30,416 bases of DNA from a virus (taxonomy: Duplodnaviria > Caudoviricetes). Positions 25,328 through 30,416 of the stretch are shown piece after piece. A model generated the notes under the pieces. It saw nothing but the letters and a program-made list of their open reading frames with translations. It had not been told where the DNA came from and searched no databases. The stretch lies in IMG/VR virus record IMGVR_UViG_3300029169_000023, positions 1 to 30,416 of that record; one strand, written 5' to 3'. The translations under genes were made by a program, and so were the position numbers. How positions within the stretch are numbered: the first letter of the stretch is position 1; each line of letters starts with the position of its first letter.

Positions 25328-27078
25328 CGAATGTCCCTAAAGGAAAGGCCAGCACGGAGCATGTCTACATGCTTGTCCCTGCGGGCAGTGGCTAGAGCTC
25401 GAGGACCCGAGGCCGTCACCTTAACGTCGACAAATCCGACATCTTCAAACAGTTGCTTCAGCACAGACGGCGAAGGAAGAAACCAGTTCCAGCCGCTGCG
25501 GTTCAAGTCTTCCTTCGTCCCATTGCGGAACTTAGTGGCCCCCTCATAGAGCAAGGTGTGCTCAGTGGTGAAGTGGTCCTCGGTCTCGATGAAGATCTTC
25601 CCACCGTCCTTCAGAGCGTTGAAGGCAATGCGCAGGAAGACAATCAAGTCAGTGACGTGGTACAGTACCCCGGGAATGAAGACCACGTCGAACTCGTCCT
25701 GGAAGTCAGGGTTGTCCCACACCTGATAGAAGGAAGCCGGTAGGGCCTTGAGCCCCTCAACATCAAATGCAGTCGCCATGTAATTGACGACATTCGCGTA
25801 CTTGTGTGCTTCCTCCACAGCCACAACGTCAGCCCCCAGAGCCTTAAGCATCAGGCTGGTACCACCAGTCCAGCACCCAACATCAAGGACCTTCTTGCCC
25901 GACATGTCCTTGTCCAGCACTCCGTGATTGATAGCGGCTGCCACCATGCGAATGTGACGATCCCCCATGCGGCCCACCATACGGAAATCACCGAAGTTGT
26001 GGTTGTGCCCCCAGGCAAAGCGCACCGTCATGTCGCGCTGCCCCTCGGCGCTGTCAAGGGCTTCCTCTGCAATGCTGTCTTTCCCTGGCAGGGCAGTGAT
26101 CACCTCTTGGAAAGTCTTAGCATCCTCAGTGATCAGCTTGTCTGTCTGCCACTTCGAGTTGAACAGCGTGCGTAGCTCGTCTATCTGATTACCAGACATC
26201 GTCTTCTCCCAAAAGCCCGGCACGATCATGTCCCAATTGAACTTCTTGATGACATCGTTCCGTTCTTCTATAGTGACCGGATCAGGATCGTTAGAAAACA
26301 GTTCAGACAGGCAGTCTACAAGATCACCACCATACAGCTCGGGGATGAACACCGCGTGCCCTTCGAACCACTTCCGCGTTTCGGGTCTATCAAACACGAT
26401 TGGACGTGCCCCGCAGCACAGCCCTTCAATCACAGGCAATTCAAAGCCTTCGATGAACCGCAAGCCAGAGACCCACTTCGTTCGGCGATACAGGGTGGCA
26501 AGCTCACTATCGGAGATGCCCATTGTGGCGTGCCAGTCGCCGTGATCCGAGCTCATGCCCACAACGTTATCTGGGCCGAGGTGGATGACCGACTTCTCAG
26601 AACGGTGCGCAGCCATGGCCACTTCTTCAATCGCCTCGGCTGTGCGCCCGCTCACGTATCCGGAGGTCATTACGTCGATGTCACGCGCTTCTTCAGCGAA
26701 GGGAAGAGTAAACTCAATGTCAACCCCCAGCGGCGCGTGATAGAATGGTACTCCCTCGGGCATCATGTCGCTTAGATCGTAGTAACTCCACACCCCACGC
26801 GAGCCAGCCCACAACTTCTTCAAATCCTCGATACGGGCGTTAGCCGAAGCGACACAGTATTGGATCACCATGTAGTTCTTCGGGTGCCCAGCGTGCTCCA
26901 TCGCCGCTTTACCGTCGCCTACCACGTGGACCACCTTGATGTGGGCAGTCTTGGGGTCATCGACGATGTTCATGCCGTGCCCAGGGCGCGCAGTAAGAGC
27001 AGTCGCTACCCGAGTCATGGCGCGGCTGAGTTTGGGGTCGGGCTTAACGTAAATCTTCACGCTATTCGTCTCCACCAC
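25324..27078 (-). CDS. GT4 glycosyltransferase fused to a class I SAM methyltransferase
   Basis: PLGVD, EGFELPVIEGLCCGARPI, F.W; C-terminal VLDVGCWTGG, FDVVFIPGVLYH, LKDGGKIFIET. Confidence 0.85.
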   Translation of the reverse strand: MVETNSVKIYVKPDPKLSRAMTRVATALTARPGHGMNIVDDPKTAHIKVVHVVGDGKAAMEHAGHPKNYMVIQYCVASANARIEDLKKLWAGSRGVWSYYDLSDMMPEGVPFYHAPLGVDIEFTLPFAEEARDIDVMTSGYVSGRTAEAIEEVAMAAHRSEKSVIHLGPDNVVGMSSDHGDWHATMGISDSELATLYRRTKWVSGLRFIEGFELPVIEGLCCGARPIVFDRPETRKWFEGHAVFIPELYGGDLVDCLSELFSNDPDPVTIEERNDVIKKFNWDMIVPGFWEKTMSGNQIDELRTLFNSKWQTDKLITEDAKTFQEVITALPGKDSIAEEALDSAEGQRDMTVRFAWGHNHNFGDFRMVGRMGDRHIRMVAAAINHGVLDKDMSGKKVLDVGCWTGGTSLMLKALGADVVAVEEAHKYANVVNYMATAFDVEGLKALPASFYQVWDNPDFQDEFDVVFIPGVLYHVTDLIVFLRIAFNALKDGGKIFIETEDHFTTEHTLLYEGATKFRNGTKEDLNRSGWNWFLPSPSVLKQLFEDVGFVDVKVTASGPRALATARRDKHVDMLRAGLSFRDIR

Positions 27079-27569
27079 TTGGCATTCTGGTCAGTGACAT
27101 CAATGGCTGCCATCGAAGGATCAAGCCCTAGGGACTTAACGAAAGCGAACTGCGCCTGGGGGCCACCAAGGATGAGAGACTCATACACCAGTATGGTGAA
27201 CGGCACCTTATGGTGATTGAGCTCTGCAAAGATCTGTAGATACGCCTCCTCAATGCGTTCACGCGCGATCTGCTTAGTGGGGGCATGCTTGCTCTTCACC
27301 TGGCTGGCCACAGTACAAGCCCAGTCTCGCACCGTAACGACCACGTGGACGTCACGCCCGGTGAGCCGGCTCATTAGGGTGCCCATATCCAGCCAGCGAC
27401 CGTTGTGGGGCACGCTACGACGCCACACCACTGGATCCTGGTCACCGAAGGGCTCCTTGTCGAAAGGCTGGAAGTGTCCATCCCAGCCGGTGCAGCCCGC
27501 TTGGATCAGCAGCTTGGTTGCCAGCCGGGTTCCGGTTGATTCCGCGCCAAGAACTAGAAAGGCTCTCAT
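27057..27569 (-). CDS. Sulfotransferase-like P-loop protein
   Basis: VLGAESTGTRLATKLL (5'-PSB-like), VVTVRDWACTVAS (3'-PB-like), YESLI; GGAG RBS before ATG 27569. Confidence 0.7.
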   Translation of the reverse strand: MRAFLVLGAESTGTRLATKLLIQAGCTGWDGHFQPFDKEPFGDQDPVVWRRSVPHNGRWLDMGTLMSRLTGRDVHVVVTVRDWACTVASQVKSKHAPTKQIARERIEEAYLQIFAELNHHKVPFTILVYESLILGGPQAQFAFVKSLGLDPSMAAIDVTDQNAKWWRRIA

Positions 27570-27570
27570 G

Positions 27571-27987
27571 CTAATCTCCGGAAGGACGGCCAATTAGAAT
27601 TTCGTGGTGATAGGGCAGATCTGTCTTCGGATCGGTAACGCTTTTGATGTCTACGATGGGGCCAGAGAACCCGTCGGCCAGTATGATCTTATCTCGGCGG
27701 TCAATCGGCTCCATACGCGCATCGCTCGGGCTAAGGTCGGCACCATTCGAAGGCACAATCTGAAGGATGATGAGCTTAGCAACAATGAACACGTTTCGTC
27801 CATCAGCGAAGTTCACCATCTTGTGCATAGGCTCCATGATTGCCATGCAGGCAAACGGTGGAGAAAACTTCCCCTCGCCAAACGTGTCCTGCCCCAGCCA
27901 CGCATAGTGCTGAATCTGCACCTGAAGGCTCTTCGTCACCTTGTCCAAGGTGGCAACGCCTTTCCGCAAGACTGTGTCAAGTCCCAT
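27571..27987 (-). CDS. Head-closure/stopper protein
   Basis: Position after the adaptor; D.FGE..F, ID.RDKI.L.DG motif. Confidence 0.65.
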   Translation of the reverse strand: MGLDTVLRKGVATLDKVTKSLQVQIQHYAWLGQDTFGEGKFSPPFACMAIMEPMHKMVNFADGRNVFIVAKLIILQIVPSNGADLSPSDARMEPIDRRDKIILADGFSGPIVDIKSVTDPKTDLPYHHEILIGRPSGD

Positions 27988-27989
27988 TG

Positions 27990-28565
27990 CTAGGGCTCCA
28001 ATGACTCGAAGATGAACTGGCTATTGTTGGCGTCCTCTTCATCCTCGAGCAGCCACGTCGGAGGAAGAAGCATCTTCACCGCGTCTGGCATGATGGCAGC
28101 CAAAGCGTTGAGACGACGCTGTGTGCGGATGACCAGATCGGAGTTCTCATCCTTCACTTCGGAGAACTTCAACTGAACTGATCCCGCCTTAATTTCTGTG
28201 ATGCCCTGCATGAGAACAGAGTTGTCCTCGGTCCGATCCGCATCGATGAGCTGACGCCCATACTCGGACTGGGCAGCTTTCAAATCGTAGGGAATGACCC
28301 CACTCGCAATAATGGCTCCGTCCCTAGTAGTCGTTCCGACTCGGGGCCAACGAAGTGCCTGGGTAGTCGTCGAAGGAGTCCCCTGCCAAGCACAGCGGTC
28401 TGAATCAAGAAGCAGTCGCGCCCACTTGAGCGCCGCTTCCTTCGTTTCGGGGGTAGCGTTGGTCCACGACTCCACATGAAGTCGACATCCGTTGTATGTA
28501 TCAGCCTCGGCTACGCTGGCGTAGCTGTTAGCGTTCGGCCCCGCCACCGTCACATCCAGTGCCAT
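27990..28565 (-). CDS. Head-tail adaptor (DnaT_2-like)
   Basis: ANSYASVAEADTY, QALRWPR, IP.DLK.AQ.E, KAGSV motifs. Confidence 0.82.
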   Translation of the reverse strand: MALDVTVAGPNANSYASVAEADTYNGCRLHVESWTNATPETKEAALKWARLLLDSDRCAWQGTPSTTTQALRWPRVGTTTRDGAIIASGVIPYDLKAAQSEYGRQLIDADRTEDNSVLMQGITEIKAGSVQLKFSEVKDENSDLVIRTQRRLNALAAIMPDAVKMLLPPTWLLEDEEDANNSQFIFESLEP

Positions 28566-28579
28566 CTCGCGCCCCTTCT

Positions 28580-28637
28580 AAAAGGAAAAAGGCCCCGCCT
28601 TGCTGACCGACTCAGTAGATGTGTGCCTTAAGGCGGG
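28580..28637 (-). terminator. Putative intrinsic terminator/attenuator after the capsid gene
   Basis: Minus-strand CCCGCCTT...AAGGCGGG stem with inner CTGA/TCAG pairing, followed by TTTTTCCTTTT. Confidence 0.55.
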
Positions 28638-28659
28638 AACATCTTTCCGCAGGTACGAC

Positions 28660-29679
28660 TTAGCTCATGTGGAAGACGCCCGAGTTGCCCAGGGCATCCG
28701 ACCGCACAAGAGGAACGTTGATGGTGAACGCCTTGAAGTTGATCTGGAAGCCACCCTCGACATCCCACTGGATTGTCTGGAGTGTCTCACCTTCGACCAT
28801 GACCACGACATCGGACGTGCCCTGGACGAGGATGATGTTGTCGGCCGGAAGCTGGTCGACAGTGCGGATGGCAGCGAGCTGATCAACTTCGAGCAGGCGC
28901 TGACGGATCGTCTTGTCGGAGTTGGTCTTGAAGTCCTCCTCCAGCTTGACGGACGTGTTGCCCGGCACATAGAGCCAATACGGCCCAAAGTACCGATCCG
29001 CTTCCAGTCCACCGACCATGGTCAGAAGATCCGCGAGAATCTCCGAACCGGTCTTTGCGGCACCAGACCACACGCCACCCGCACCGAAGCCCGCAGTGTT
29101 GCGGTCGGGGTGAGTGGTGTACCCATAGATGTTGAACCCGCCGAACGTGTTGGCGTACCCATTGAAGAGCAGGTTCTCGGTCTGTTCAGCGACGAGGCGA
29201 CCCGCCGTCCGAACCTGGGTGGTGTCAAGGCTCTCACCCCGCTCCCGCGACGCGGACAGCGTGCGCAAGTTGAGGAAGAAATCCTTGTGCGTGATGGGGA
29301 GCGGCAGGTTCTCGAGCGAGAACTCCTGTCGATCACCTTCCGACCGGACGATGCCATCGAGTGACACCTGGGCCGGATTCATGTCGGTGATCTTCTCCCA
29401 CTGGAAGATGGTCTTGCCCATGCCGTTTGCGACGGTACGAACGAGACCGGCTGCCATCAGGTCGGCCACACCGCGCAGGCGGATATGTCCTTCCTCGATG
29501 AGTGCGTCGTCGAGCTCCTTCCACTCGTCCTTTCGGAGAGTATCCAGAGTCCTCAGTGCCGATGGAGAGATCTGACCACCGTTGGCCAGAACCTTCATCA
29601 ACTGCTCGCCGGCCCAGCGTCCCGAGGCTCCGCCCCAGAACTGACCCTTTGGCCCGCTGCTGTCAGTGACTGCTTGCAT
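28660..29679 (-). CDS. Major capsid protein, HK97 fold, Linocin_M18/encapsulin-like
   Basis: LRKDEWKELD, LPITHKDF.LNLRTL.ASR..G.SLD, A.R.VAE..E.LLFNG, YGYTTHP, GPY.LYV; context between decoration and adaptor genes. Confidence 0.88.
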   Translation of the reverse strand: MQAVTDSSGPKGQFWGGASGRWAGEQLMKVLANGGQISPSALRTLDTLRKDEWKELDDALIEEGHIRLRGVADLMAAGLVRTVANGMGKTIFQWEKITDMNPAQVSLDGIVRSEGDRQEFSLENLPLPITHKDFFLNLRTLSASRERGESLDTTQVRTAGRLVAEQTENLLFNGYANTFGGFNIYGYTTHPDRNTAGFGAGGVWSGAAKTGSEILADLLTMVGGLEADRYFGPYWLYVPGNTSVKLEEDFKTNSDKTIRQRLLEVDQLAAIRTVDQLPADNIILVQGTSDVVVMVEGETLQTIQWDVEGGFQINFKAFTINVPLVRSDALGNSGVFHMS

Positions 29680-29710
29680 TCCGATTCTCCTTCCTTTCAG
29701 GCTAGCGAGC

Positions 29711-30130
29711 CTAGACGATCTCGACGCGGATGCGCAGGGCAGCCGCCGTCGCGTTCACGGCTTCCAGTGCTCGTGCGAGCCTGGGGTTGACACCAGCGGC
29801 AGAGAGATGACCGGCAGCGTCACCAGTCAGGTAGGCACCCTTGGCGACGTTCTGCCCGGATGCCAGCCACGCATAGACGTGATCTCCACTCTTGAACGAG
29901 CCAACCTTGACCTGATCACCGATCGCATACGCCACGTCGATGTCATTGCCAAGCTCGTCACGCTCAAGCGCGAAAGCACGCACAACGTTCTCGTCGGCTT
30001 CTGTGTTGAGAATCAAATCCCCCGAACCATCAAGCGCCAACAGTTCGCCAGGAGTGATTGCCTCAGCCGCCGCATCATCCTCAGTGGTGACAGGCGGTCC
30101 GCCCAGAAGAGCGATGACCCTTCGTGCCAT
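29711..30130 (-). CDS. Capsid decoration/cement protein
   Basis: AAEAITPGELL, AYAIGDQV, L.SGQNV.KG..L...AAG.L, ALEAV; directly upstream of the capsid gene. Confidence 0.78.
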   Translation of the reverse strand: MARRVIALLGGPPVTTEDDAAAEAITPGELLALDGSGDLILNTEADENVVRAFALERDELGNDIDVAYAIGDQVKVGSFKSGDHVYAWLASGQNVAKGAYLTGDAAGHLSAAGVNPRLARALEAVNATAAALRIRVEIV

Positions 30131-30202
30131 CTTTGTCCTCCTATGTCCTTTCCGCTACCCATCAATGGCTGGTAGCTCGCCAACTAAACGAACGAACGAA
30201 GC

Positions 30203-30388
30203 CTAGTTGGCTGCGCTCTTCTTGAACCGCTCCGCCAGACGGGGAGGAGGAGCAACGTCATCAGACGAATCCGACGCGGCCCGAGGAGCCTGTGCGGAGT
30301 AGTCCACAGCGGGCTTCACGAGAGTTGCCGTCTTCTCGAGCTGATCGAGCGGCATGGCTTCCAGCTCCTCCGAAGAGAAGACCTTCTG
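30203..30388 (-). CDS. 5'-truncated C-terminus of scaffold/maturation protease
   Basis: Open frame QKVFSSEELEAMPLDQLEKTATLVKPAVDYSAQAPRAASDSSDDVAPPPRLAERFKKSAAN*; position upstream of decoration and capsid genes. Confidence 0.6.
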   Translation of the reverse strand, partial: QKVFSSEELEAMPLDQLEKTATLVKPAVDYSAQAPRAASDSSDDVAPPPRLAERFKKSAAN

Positions 30389-30399
30389 CCCCCCCAGCC

Positions 30400-30416
30400 G
30401 ATCGTGACTGGGAAAC
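30400..30416 (-). other. Random-amplification primer (reverse complement); library artefact
   Basis: GATCGTGACTGGGAAAC is the exact reverse complement of 1-17. Confidence 0.93.

Noticed and set aside
24623-25549. 308-aa + strand ORF
   Set aside because: Antisense shadow of the endolysin and neighbours
28600-29364. 254-aa + strand ORF
   Set aside because: Antisense shadow of the capsid gene, expected from biased codon usage
28660-29679. Bacterial encapsulin/linocin bacteriocin locus
   Set aside because: No cargo enzyme; flanked by scaffold, decoration and head-tail genes
30186-30200. Short (AACG)n repeat and 6-bp hairpin upstream of the decoration gene
   Set aside because: Too short to distinguish from chance
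1-30416. Perfect 17-bp terminal inverted repeat suggesting a complete linear genome or transposon
   Set aside because: Matches the Round A/B amplification primer; genes are truncated at both ends, and terminase, portal and replication genes are missing

Overview
Fragment of a tailed dsDNA phage genome (siphovirus-like: long tape measure, no sheath) from a randomly amplified library. Both ends carry the 17-nt Round A/B (SISPA) primer GTTTCCCAGTCACGATC. A short + strand block (1-4554) holds small accessory genes (WGR-like, DUF2786-like, Zn-finger) and an intact lipoprotein sulfatase. It converges on a 26-kb minus-strand late operon. That operon runs scaffold end, decoration protein, encapsulin-like major capsid, head-tail adaptors, then an ~11-kb insert (sulfotransferase-like, GT4-methyltransferase fusion, GH108 endolysin, holins, Cys-rich lipoprotein, a class I cytochrome c, beta-barrel, signal-peptide HNH, fibre genes, GT4). 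It continues with neck/tail genes (-1 frameshift chaperone), tape measure and tail-tip genes. The most striking element lies in the tail-tip module: a probable virion protein ending in 19 His-x-Asp triplets, coupled to a radical SAM/SPASM enzyme (atypical CX8CX2C motif, its own 4x HxD tail) and a DUF483-like/methyltransferase fusion. This suggests RiPP-like (triceptide-type) chemistry applied to a phage structural protein. All family assignments come from recognising motifs by eye; no searches were run.
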